Shown here one piece after another: positions 11,192-23,100 of a DNA stretch of 64,000 nt. The notes under the pieces are model-generated. The model was not told the DNA's origin, did not search any database, and saw nothing but the letters and a program-made list of their open reading frames with translations. This DNA comes from Raillietiella orientalis (taxonomy: Eukaryota), in NCBI GenBank assembly GCA_036172245.1, contig JAYWIR010000001.1, positions 11,718,001-11,782,000 of the forward strand, written 5' to 3'. The first letter of the stretch is position 1. Each line of letters opens with the position of its first letter. A program made the position numbers and the translations under genes.

Positions 11192-14100
11192 CTGGAAGGC
11201 AAAGGGGGCGTCCCTGTCGTCGTCCCTCCCCCCCCCTTTCCTTCTGAAGGGGTCTTTCGCTCCATTACCTTTGCGTTGACGAACACCAGGTACATCTGCA
11301 TGAAGGTGAACAGCGCCTGCAGGAGGGGGTTCACGGCCCGCAGGATGTTGTGGCAAGGAGAGTCCCACGGCGTCTCGAAGAAAATTCCGCAGTCGAGCCC
11401 GCAGGAGATCATCGTCCCCAGTCCGAAGGCTGGAAGCGCAGGTCAGCGATGCGGGCAGAGGCGGCCCGGCCTCTCGGCACGCGGTCCCTGCGGGAGGTTG
11501 CTTCCCCGAGACGCGGTGGAGGTCGGGCGCGCACAAGCCACGTCATCTCGTTCCAGGGAGAGATGCGGGAGGGGAGGAGCAGGAGGAAATCTCGGATGCA
11601 CGGAGGGATCCCCCGCTGATCGCTTTCCAATCTGCAGCCTCCCTTCTGGTTCGGACGAAGCCACGCGCGGTTCCTCGAGGGCGAATCCCCCCCTTTGGCG
11701 GGAAGTGAAGGAGGAGGACGTCCCCACAAAATGGCGGGCCGAGCGAGGAAGGAAGGGGAGGGGGTAGGAATGGTCCTGAAGCAGCCAGGGAGACGGCAGC
11801 GCCGAGGAAACGCCACCCCCTGCCGGGACTTTCGTAGAACCGTATGACAACGACGAAAGAAGGCGAGGAAGGAGCGCGCCCTCCATCTGAAAGTGCAGCT
11901 CCCGCGGAAAGGAAAAACAGGAAACGGTATAAGGGATGATCATGTGGGAGAAAACACAGGAATAACAAATGGAACCGGAGGGGCGGAGGCATTAATCACC
12001 CAACGCACAGGGAAAGAGGAGGTGGAGGAGGGTTGGAGGCTGCGACCAATCCACTTTTTTTTTTTTAGGAGGGGAGGGAGGATTTGTTTTATTTGTCCGT
12101 TTCTTGAGAGCGCGGGACGCAGATGGCACTAAGAAAAAAAACAGCTGCAGCGCCTGGGCAGACTGCAGTCGAGAGGCGAGGCTTTCCGCACGGCGGCGAA
12201 ACGGGCTGACGTCACACGTCCGGCGAGAAGCGACAGCGACCCGGGACGGGGCAAGGGGGAAAGGAGGAAAAGTGGCAAAAGGGAGCGCCGGTCGATCTCG
12301 GAGCTACAAGAGAGGGAGAGGAGGAGGACGGGAACGAGCAAGAGAAGGGAGAAAGAGAGGAGAGGAAGAAAAGCGAAAAGAGGAGGAAGAGGAAGGGAAG
12401 CGAAGGAAATAAGGGGAGGAAGGAAGAGGAAGAGGGAGGAAGGAGAAGGAAGGGGAGGAGGAATTTGAAGGGATCTGTGTCACCCCAGCGTGACAGTTCG
12501 CTGCAGCATCGAGCCAAGAGATGGAGGCGCTTGCCCTCGCCGCCGAGACAGCCAGCTCCCTCCAGTGACGACCGCGGAGACAGGAGTGCAGGGTCCCCCT
12601 CCTACAGTCGTAGGAGGGCTCTGGGCACGGAATCCCCGGAAACAACACAGAGAGCTCGTCGGCTGGCGCATCCGGTGTTGAAAGACGCGAGAACAAGCGC
12701 GGGACGCACAAACAGATACACGTTGTCAAGGCTTCGGAGGAACAGCCAGGGAGTGACTGTTGGGCAAAAGAGATGGGGAGTGGAGCGAAGGGTTCCTCGC
12801 CGCCTCCTTTCCCGCCAGCTCCGCGCGCCCGAAGAGTCTTCCCTCTGTCCGGCAGCGACAACGCAGAAGCACCCTCCCTCGAGCCCGTCTTGAGATTCCG
12901 GTGGCAGGGCCGGGTTCCTTCCACACCCAGGAGGAACCGCGGCCACCGAACGCAGGCGAAGGTGGGTGGCGCGCGCCAGGGATGGGAGGAGAACGTGGAC
13001 GAGATGCCATGGATGCCATGGAGGCGGGGTAATCACTGCCCGGAGGACCCTTGACGTCCTTGACCTTGCCTTGGATGCTACCGTGGCGGCCACGGGGCTG
13101 AGAAAGGATGGAGGCCATTGGGAGTTCCGAGAGAGGCGTCCCTTAAAAGGAGGGTTCGCCTAGCCTTGGGGTCTCCTCCTCAAGCAGCCTTCCGGCGAGG
13201 AGGCCCGGCAATCCGGGGGGTGTCGGGGAGGGGTGCGGCTTCGGGGATGATCCGTCGCCAGAAAGCGCACCCTCGCGAGCCGCTGGCCCAGCGACGAAAA
13301 GGGGGAGGGAGAAGCGGGGACTGTTGCTGCTGCAAAGGGAGGAGCCGACTGGTCCGGCCTCCCTTCGGCAGGAAGAGAAGGAAAAAATCCAGGGGGTGCC
13401 ACCCCACGATGTCCGACTGGCGACGTCAGAGGCAATACGCGCCTTTCGCCTGTATTGCCTCTGATCTGAGAGGGTGGGATCGCTCCCAAGCTCCTCGACG
13501 ACCCTCCGGGACAGCTCGAGGGGCGGGGGGTGAGGGACGATGGTTTGCACTCCAAGGAAGAGGCGCACACCGAAGCCACCTCCCAAGAGGGGGCGAAGCC
13601 GCCGCTACCCTCGCCCCTGCAAGGCTTTTCTTTCGTCCCTCTCTCCTTCCTCCCACCCATAACCGGCGCCCCGGCGAGGGGGCTGCCGAGCGTTCCCGTA
13701 TCTTCCCAGACCCAGGGATGCTGCGTGCGGAGCTCGGGAAAAAAATCAATCGCTGCAGCGGAAAGCAGCGCGCGCGGGGGGATCGCGAAGCCGCTTTCCC
13801 GGTTGCTATGCCGATGGGACGTCGTTTTTCGGGGAAGCTCGGAAGGGACGGCGCGACAAACGTGCGAGAGACTCCAGCCGGAGGACGCGAGCTGTCCGGG
13901 TGCATCCACCGCTGGGGCCGGAGGAGGCACAGCAGAATGGAAGCGAAAGAAGCTGCCGCTGCTACCGTCCCAGATTCGTCCAGGGGCCCGAAGAGGCGCC
14001 AGCAAAGACACCATGCGGCCGGGGCTACGAAGAACGGAGACATGTTCGAACTCCTGACCAGGGAGAGGTCATTTGCACGATGGCCGGAGGGCGCTGAGGT

Positions 14101-17100
14101 CTCGCCTGCGGATAAAGGGAACGATCGGCCTTCCAAAGAATGTCAGTCGCGACGACCGAACTACCAGCGAGGCGAACGAGATGAGGGGGAAGGGGGAGGA
14201 AAGGCTACACGGAGAAGAGTGGGGAAAGAGGAGCCGCGACACGGAAGATCCCAGACTGGACCGACCGGACTCCGCTCCTCGCCACGAAGGGACTTCGCCA
14301 AGGGACGTCTGGAAGCATTTTGGCAGCGGCCATTCGCGTCTCCCGGGACCTCGAGGGGGAAGTGCAGCGGGGATAGCGGCGGGATGGGGTCCGAAGGGAG
14401 GGAGGGACCCTCCTCCTCACCTATGGCTCCGATCCGGAGGCAGAAGCTTCTGGTGTCGTCGTCCGCCGCCGACGTCTTGTGCTTCTCCGGTCGGCCGATA
14501 GACGGATCGGAGGGCGGCACTACCTTCGTCTGGAAAGGGCTGTCCGACTCGCTGAGGTTCTGCTCCTCCTTGGAGGTCCTGCTCCACTTCTGCAAGGGGA
14601 GAAGAAAGAAGCGCGGGTGGTGTGCGCTGCCGCCCATGCATGGAAACCATAGCAAGCATCCGCGAAGAAAGCAGAGGTCGAGAAAAGCGCAGAGCGTGTC
14701 GTCAAGGTCGGCCAGTGGAGCCGGCGACGACGAGGAGAGGCACAGGAAGAGATGATGAAGGGGAGGCTAACAATGGTGACTGCGATGACGAGGAAAAAGA
14801 GCAGGAGAGGAACACAATGGAACGAAAGCGGGCCGAGACAAGAGGCGAGGTCCGAGCTGCCGAGGTTGCAAAGGGGAAGAAGCACCGAGTGCACCTCCGT
14901 TCTCACGGGAAGCTGCCTCCCCTGCCGCGCCCGCTCTTGAAGGTGGGCGGGCAATGGCTAAAGCAAGGATGCTGACAGGGAAGCCGCGCGCAGGACAAGA
15001 AAACCAGGAGACCTACTTTCAGCAGGGACAGCTGGGCCTTGTCCGCGACTTTCTTCTTCCCGTGCCTGGTCTTCTTGCGGTTGCATTCTTGCAGGAGATA
15101 GCAGAAGATGTAGAGCAGGAACAGGATGCTGACGCCGTATAAGTAGACAAAGAACGCCTGCAAGAGCAGAGAGAGATGGCAGCCAAGGTCGGGAACTTGG
15201 CTGGTGCGGTTGCTGGGAGTTCGCACGCCTTTCCTGCCCCCAGATGCGTTCAGAAACGCGCGCTTCTGCTCTCCCCGGGGGGAAGACCCATACACGAGCA
15301 CTGCTTGAAAACCTCCACACGTCCGCTGATCCCCGGGACCAGGGCGTGAGTTTGATGATAATATGAAGCCCGAACGAGAGGCGCGTGCACCCCTCAATAG
15401 CACTGCTTTCCCTTTCCTCATCCTCAACCCATCCTCAGGGAGCAGATCGCCAGGGTTGCCAGTCTCGCAAAGGCAGTGGCTCCAACTAGAACTTCGCGAA
15501 GGAAAAGATGCCGGGGAGAAAGGGCACAGACAGGGGCATCGAAGACCCGTGAAGTCCACAAAGCTTTCGAAGGTCCCAGAGGCTCTCCCGAACGCAGCAG
15601 CACAGCAGCAGCGAATCCCCTCTGGCGACGCTACAGACACGATGAGTCAGAGGCACAAACGCGACCCCGGCCATACCGCCGCGGCCTCGTTGCGCAGGAT
15701 GCTTGGGGAACGGCACCAGAAAACCTCCCCGAGAGCGCAGCCATGCGGCTGGAGGGGACCGGACTGGAGCCTTCCTCCGGGAACAAGCCTCCGGGCGACT
15801 ACTGGATTCCTCCTTTCCTGCACGATCTCCTCTTCCTTCCCATGCGTACGGGCGATAGGACCGAGGTCTCCTCCCTGTTCGCGACTCGAGACGCAGCTGA
15901 GTCCAGGGCTTCTCTCAGAAGCCCTAGGGTTGCTCTGGAACACCTTCTGCGCTCTTCCTGAGGAGCGGGTGAGGGGGTCGGGAACTTCCCGGTACTGCAC
16001 TGCAGATGCTCGCACGAACCGTCCCTGGAAGGCGAAGGGAAGGTGTCCCTGTCGTCCCTCGAGGCGTCTCCCGGCATTTCGGGTGGAACGAGAGGGCGTG
16101 AAGCGAAGGCACAATATGGTGGTCGGACCCGATCGAACTCCCGATTCCGCCACACTGCTCCAGACCGGGCTTTCGTGAATCGCAACGACTCCTTCGGGAA
16201 CGCGGAGACGGAGCGGCAAACATCAGGACCGGGAAAAGTGCTGCTGCCGCCGCCGCTGACGATCCAGGAAGCGGTCGAACGAAACTTTGCCGCCGAAGTT
16301 TTTGGTTGACCAGAAGAAAATAACGGCGGAGGGGGGGGGTTCACGTCGACCACATTTCTGAGACGCGCTCGATAAGTCAACAGCCGCGATGCCATCTTCG
16401 ATGACCTCTCCACAGATCGTGATCCCGTCTTCGCCCTTCATCCAAGCTGCGGGTTTGCTAGGTCCGGGATTCACCCTGCCTTCTCGCGCGCCTCGCTCCC
16501 TCTTTCAGATAAGAAACCTGGCGAAGAATCCCCAGGGAAGCGCAGGCAGCGACCCTCAACGTCCCTTTCTTTCCTCTACCCCCACTCGAGGCTGAGGACA
16601 GCACGCATCCACGCAGAGAACAGCTCGAGTGGGGACCACCTCTCTCTTGGGCAGGGGTTGAAAGCGCTACTGCTCCCAAGGTCGAACCGAGGAAGGCAGC
16701 CGGCCCACTTTTGTTCCCGTCCTGCCGCTTTGCTCCCAGACGATGGCCTGTCGCGTCAGCTGGCATCGAAGGGCCGTTAGTCTGCATACCGGCGACCGCC
16801 GATCTGCCGCTTCCTGCGGTTCCCTGTCTTCAGATACCGAGGCGCCAGCTGCCACGGCAACGCTTGGTCCGGTTGACGCAAGAAGCCCGGGAGCCTCTGA
16901 GCGGCCCCGGAGATCATCCCCACCGAAGAGGACGGGAGTCCGTCAGCATGTTCCCGGCGATCAACCGTTCCGTGTCCTCCTGGTTTGGGCGGAGGGGGAC
17001 TTCTGGAGGAGGATTCCGTGGCGACGGCGAATGGAACGCCTCAAGTCGCGAAGACCGGCTGCTTTCCGGGAGCGGTCGCGGAATTCCGGAGCGCCACTCG

Positions 17101-20100
17101 AGCAGCAGGAGCTTTCCCGCCCGCAGTCCCCGCCGTGCGCTGACGTTCCCTGACGCGTGACGAAGTCGGCACGCGTGCGCAGACGATGGCAGCTCCAGGC
17201 CACTCTCCTCTTGCCCCCACTGAGGGGGACACCATCGAGCGTGCTCCGCCGGAACCCCAAGCGGCGCGCGCGCGCCTTCGTGACGAACGGCGATTAACAG
17301 GGCAGCGGAGGTCACGCGTCGGCACTTTCGCTTTCCTGGGTACGCGGACGTGGGCCGCAGCTGTCAACTGAATGGACGTGAGCCGGCGGCGGAGCGCGTG
17401 GACTCCACTCGGCCTTCGAGCTGCACGGACACGCCCTGCCAAGGGAGCGAAGGACGACTACGGGACGCCCATCTACCACGGACCCTCCACCCCCACCCCA
17501 CCCCCTTTTTTTTTTATAGAAGCAACGACCTCACGGGGAGCTCGCTACGACTGACCTACGTTGATGGCAATCCTTTTGGGTTTCCCTGTTTTCCCTCCAG
17601 CTTTTCTTCTTTTTGGTTCGCCAAGTGCTAAAGAACCGCTCGCCTCCTTAAGGGGAGATCACGAAACACTTTCAACGCTGTTCATGCCACCAGAGGGCGT
17701 GCGATACTCTTCAATTTATAAGGGGCAACCAGGGACCACCCTATGAATCCGAGAAGGCTCCGGAGGAAGCAGTCCGTTCCTCTCGCGCTTGGGAGGGAAC
17801 CCTCGCCCCGGTTGTCTGAGGAGAACCCCGGAGGGAACTACCTCTTATTCTCTCAGGAGGGACTCTCTGGAGGGGACCGCTCCTGGAATGTCTTCTACGG
17901 AGGGAACCCGGAAAGGATTCGTTCCTGGCAAATCTCCCAGGGCTAACGATGACCCGTCCGCGGAGGTCCCGGGAGGCACCTCCGTACCTGGCGAAGACGG
18001 GAGGTATCCGATCCGCTCCTTCGGGCGCGATCTCCGCCCGAGTCATCGCCTCCCGGAATGCCCAGTAGCCAAGAGACCGTCGTCGGCTTCCCGGCCTGCA
18101 TGCGTCGCCTCCTCGGTGCGATCGGCCGGATGGCCGCGACTACCCGGTGGCAACCGAGGAGTGCGCGTGCGTAGGGGGCGCTTCGCTTGCGGACTGCGCT
18201 GCTCGCCCCCGGCCGGTGAAGATCCGCTTGGCGACGGGAACGAAGCGCCCTCCGCTGACCAGCAATGCCACCCAGGCTTTTTTGTTTTTTTACCAAGAGT
18301 GGCCTCCGAACGGAGCTGCAGGTCACCTCAGACGAACTCTCCCTCCCACCGACGTGCAGGGGTCGATCGGGATGCGCGGGAAAGGGGACAGCAGAATCCT
18401 TTGGCGCGATCCGGTGGGCTACAAGAAAGAGAGGGCCGGAGATGCAGTGCCCACGGAAGCGCACGGAAAGGAGATCGCCAAAAGTCAACGGAGATCGCCG
18501 GCGGCGCAACGCGAACGAACGAGGAGGTCCGTGGCTGGTCCTTTGGGCGGAGCCATCGCGACAGACGGCCGCATGTCCTGCAGCGCACACCAGGCGGATG
18601 GTGCGGAGTGCACCGAGGGGGCGCCAAAATTCCGAACCAAAGCCTCGGACCGGAATGGGTGCGTCTTGCACCGCCGACGCGTCTCCTCCGTGCGAACACG
18701 GCAACGGGAAATTCTAGAAGTTCCTTCCAGAGGAAACTCCGCAGCCTTGCACCATCCGGGAGGAGGAGGTCGCCGGAGTCCGGGACCACTCAAGGAAGGG
18801 GGGGGGGGGATTCGTCCGCTACGGTGCTAGCGCCGGATGGAGCCGACAGGAAGAGCCTGAGCGAGGTGGCGGCGAGTCGGCAACGCTGCTTCGAAGACCG
18901 ACGAGAACTTTTCCGGGTCGCCAGGACGGTTCGCCGAGGCGGCTGCAGCCTGGATGTCTGCGGGCGCGAACGCGTCCGCCCGCTTGGGAGATCCGTTCGC
19001 GCGCTTTCCGGGTGGCGGCACGCGACACAGCGGTCGGGAGTGTGCCCTTCGAATTTTCGGGTTCTCCCCAAGCGGGAACGGCTCGGGATGGTGGTGGGGG
19101 GGGGGGGAGAAGCGCCTGTGGAGATCGCTCGAACTGAAGGACTCATCGGCGCTGCGAACTCTTCTCGGAACGCAACCTCCTCAAGCGTGAAACTCGAAGA
19201 GGCAGGGAGGGAGGAAACTTCTCCAGAAGTTTGGAGATGGAAGATGAATCTTAGAATGCTGCGAGAATCAGCCAGTGGCAAGAAGTATCGGAGAGATTTC
19301 CTTTTAGCTGAACGATTTTCTCGAGGGGCAGTCAAGAGCGAGATGGAAGATGCATCCGCCGTCCCTCAGGCAGCAGGGGACGCTTAGCAACGTGCACTGC
19401 ATCCAATCCGTCTATGCGAAGCAGTCCGCGAGACGCAACTTCGAAGGCGCCGCCGGGAAAAGAGGTGTGCAGGAACCCCTCGATTCTGGAGGAAGAAAGG
19501 AGGAAGGGAAGATGAGGGGAAGAAAGGAAGGAAAAAGAAGAGGAAGAGGACAAAGGGAGGAGGGGAAGAGGAGAAGGAAGGAGGGAGCAAAGGGAAGAGG
19601 AGAAGGAAGGAGGGAGCAAAGGGAAGAGGAGGAGCTCCTTTCCCCCAAGGTCCTCTCCCTCCGGCATGCACCTCCGCCTACCCGGAGGCGCTCCGATCTT
19701 CGGAGAAGGCGCTCCAGAAGACCCGACGCGGTGCACCTCCAGCCCTTCGGTCCCTGAACTCCGCCTCCGCAGGGCGCAGAACTGGTGCCCGAAGGGCCGT
19801 CGTTGCAGGTTTGACCACTCGAGGATCGCGGACGTCACGGGACGCGAGCGGACAAAACGCACATGCGCCGTGCGTTTCACGTATCCCGAGCGGTGGCTAT
19901 TTATAGCTTTTTCCAGAGCGGCTGTTGCACCATGGGCTTCGCGCGAAGGCTCTGAGCTCGCGAGTCGGGAGGGAAACGGGCCGCAACGCACGCGGGGGCA
20001 ACCGGCGGACTCGACAGGGGTAGCGTCACCACGGAGGTGGAGAAACTGGCAGTCGAGGAGCGCGCGCACGTGCGTGCGGAGCCAAAGAGGCACCGCGCAG

Positions 20101-23100
20101 TGGGTTGCCGGAAGCCGCGGAGAATTGCCAGGGGAATCTTCTCGTTGCAAGCTCTTCGTGGAAGAGCCGAAAGTCTCCTCTTCGAGAAGAAGCCCTCGGG
20201 CAGCTGTACCTCCCCCCCCACCACCACCAATTCCACTCAAAGGGCCATACACTTGTACGACGTACGCGTCGCGCTCCTTTCACGGGCACGCCTTTGGCCA
20301 CCATCGGCACCCAGGAGCTCCAGGAGTCAAGTCCCTCCTTTGAGAACGTTCCCTTCGGGATTTTCCCCGAAACGATCGCGGCGGCCTCTCTGGCGCGAAA
20401 AATCGGAATCGCCCAATAAGAAGCATCTTAGGGCTGCGAGCAAGCGGGGGGTCACCTGGGGATGGGGTCATGGGGTCCAGAGTACTACCTCTGCTTGCGC
20501 GAGCAGCTGATACGCGCGCCGACGAAAAGGCATCGGTAACGTAGCAACCGTCACGGTCACCGCCATTGTTGCATGGGCAGCGCGCGTTAACGCTGCCTCA
20601 CTCCGGAGAGCCTTCGAAAGAGCGTGAAGGAGCTCCGGAAAAAAGATGGGTGCTTCCGCTTCCGGGTCGTCGAGTTCGAACAAGAAGAACGGAAACCCGC
20701 ATCGCTCCCGTTCCCGCCGACTTCCAGATGCGAGGCGCTCGCGGAAGGCGGATCCGAAACCCCCAAAATCCCTTCGGTCCAGGAAAATCTCCCCAGAGGA
20801 TCCGCGCGACCCGTCTCCGCGGCTTCCGGCAGCTCAAAACGGCGGGACCCGGGAGAAGAGGACGTTCCCGGAGCCCGGGAAACCGAGCCGTCATCGGAAT
20901 GGGCACGGAGGGTACGGCGGCGGCCGAAATCGATCTGCCATCCGGAAGAGCGCGTCAAAGCTTCCCCTCCAGCCTCCCCGGAGGGACGCGCGCGGCAACG
21001 CATCCCTGCGTCCTCCACGCGCGGCCAGACGACGCCCTGCAGCGCCGTCGCGGTCCCAGCGTTGCGAGCCGCCGGACGGCAGGCCTGCGAGAGCGCCTTC
21101 GGGAGCAGGCGGGAAGCGACGCCGACGGAGCAAGGGCACGGGCCGACGAGCAAGCGAACAAAGGAGTGTAAAGGAGGAAGAGGGAGAAAGGGGAAGGAAG
21201 AGGAGTAAAGAAAGGGAGAAGAGGAGGAGGAAGGGAAAAGGAAGACGGGAAGAGGAGGGGGGAGGAAAAAGGAAGAGGAAGGAAGGGAGCTTGAGCGCTT
21301 CCGCAACCGCCCAGGTCTCTCGACACCGCGGGAAGACCAGCGGGATCGCTCATCGTTAGAGGTGGTCCGGATGAAACGACGCGCCCCGTTCCCCCAAGTC
21401 CTCTCCCTCCGGGACGCAGCTGCGCCGACCCGAAGGTGCGGATCGCTCTCACCAGGCAGGGAGCAGGGTGGCCGATCAAAGGAGCCTACGTTCCTCCAGG
21501 CGGGTAGGGGGAAGGAGACTCCGGCGGACGCGATCCGAGAAGAGGCGGGAAAGGGAATGGGGGGAAAAACAGGATCGCGGGAAAACACGTGAGACGAGAG
21601 GGTGCTCGCGCGGACCCGTGGGGACACCTGCAGCGCGCGCGGGGCAGCTTCCGTCCCTCGCGCCACGGAACGGGAGCGTGCGGTTGGAAAGGGCACGCAG
21701 GGGAATCGAGGAGCCAACGAACGGAGCGAGGGTGGAAGAGGTGGCAAAAGAGAGACAACTCGCCCGCCGGACGCCCGCAGGGAGGAAGGAGCGCGAATCC
21801 ATCCTCCGCGCGGATTGCCCTCTGCGAGACTCTTTGGGGGATGGGCCCACACGAGGCCGCTCTACCCCCAGCCCGAGGGGACCCGCGAGAGCCCGCGTCA
21901 AGGGTCGCAGTCCCGCCCTGCTCACCTCGTAGAAGTGCAGAGTCACATTCTTGGTCATGACCTCCGCGGTCAGGAAGGCCAGGCAGGTGACGATGACCAG
22001 CTTGGAGTAGAAGGCGCTCAGGACGATGCAGGTCGCCGTTCTGGAATGGAGGGGGGGGGAGGAGGTGAGTGCGAGCGGCTGAGAGGGGAGGGGTGGGAAG
22101 CGGCGAGGGCTGCGCGGAGGGGGGAAAGTCGGGATGCGGGTCCTGCCTGGGGTGTCGCCCTCCGGGCAGGAAACATGGGTGTGGGTGGAAAGGTGGCGGT
22201 GCCTCCCCTCCCATCCCCAGCGGGGAAGGAGAGGGGAGGAGAAGTGCGAGCTGGCGGCGGAGCAGGGGCAGCCCCATCTCCCTCGCATCCCGACAGGGAA
22301 AGAAACGTGCAAAACCAATTACCACCACGCGGCGGGGACAGCGGATGCCCCCGTGGGACCAGGTGAGCGCATTTTGCGACGACCGGCCCTCTCTCCGCTC
22401 CAGCGGACCAACCCACACGCGCCAAGAAACGGCCGGGAAGTAGGGAGGATAGAGGAGGGGCGGGGGGGAGGAAGAAACGACAACGAACCATACAAACCGG
22501 GAGCAGGGGTGTGGGGGCTCGTGGGCCCCGGAGGAAGGGACGAACGCGGGGCGGCACCCCCGGTGGTCCGCTCCGGGCTGCAGCGCCTCCACCGCCAGAG
22601 CCACGTCCTCGGGGATGGCGCGCGGGACGTGGTCGGGGTGGGGCAGGGAGCCGAGTCTGGCGCGGTGGTCGTTCCTCTCCTCGTCCTCCATGCGTATACG
22701 TGGACTGCTCGCCTCACCCGCGGGACGGAGGTTCCGCCTCCATGGCGACGGGGAACGGGAAAGAACGGACGGGGCAAGGGGGCCCGCCAGCGGCTGCGGA
22801 GACGGCGAGGCGGGCCGGCGGGGAGCAGTGGCGAAGGTAACCAACAGACGGGCCGATAGACGGGGGCAGGGAGCAGCGGGGAAGGGGAGCGGCCCGGCGA
22901 CGCGGCGGCGGGGATGCTAGGGAGGAGGAGCACCGTGGCGCGCGCCGTTCCCGGAACGGAGGGCGCTTCCCTGAAATGGCACCACGTGAGATTCTCGGAA
23001 AGGTGTGCGCAGGACGAGGGTGGGGACAAGGCGGGGTGAGGGGCCTGCCGGCCCCGTGCACCCGCCGCCACCTCCTCGGGTCCGTCCCGATCTGCGCCCA

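Noticed and set aside
9899..11767. Plus-strand ORFs of 242 and 365 aa and a 434-aa alternative minus frame
   Set aside because: Shadows of the OtopLa-like terminal exons.
13118..14755. 545-aa ORF, and similar long ORFs at 17789-19387, 26695-28020, 33383-34660 and 43685-44965
   Set aside because: Arg/Gly/Pro/Ala-rich translations expected from stop-poor GC-rich introns; no recognisable domains and many overlapping frames are open.
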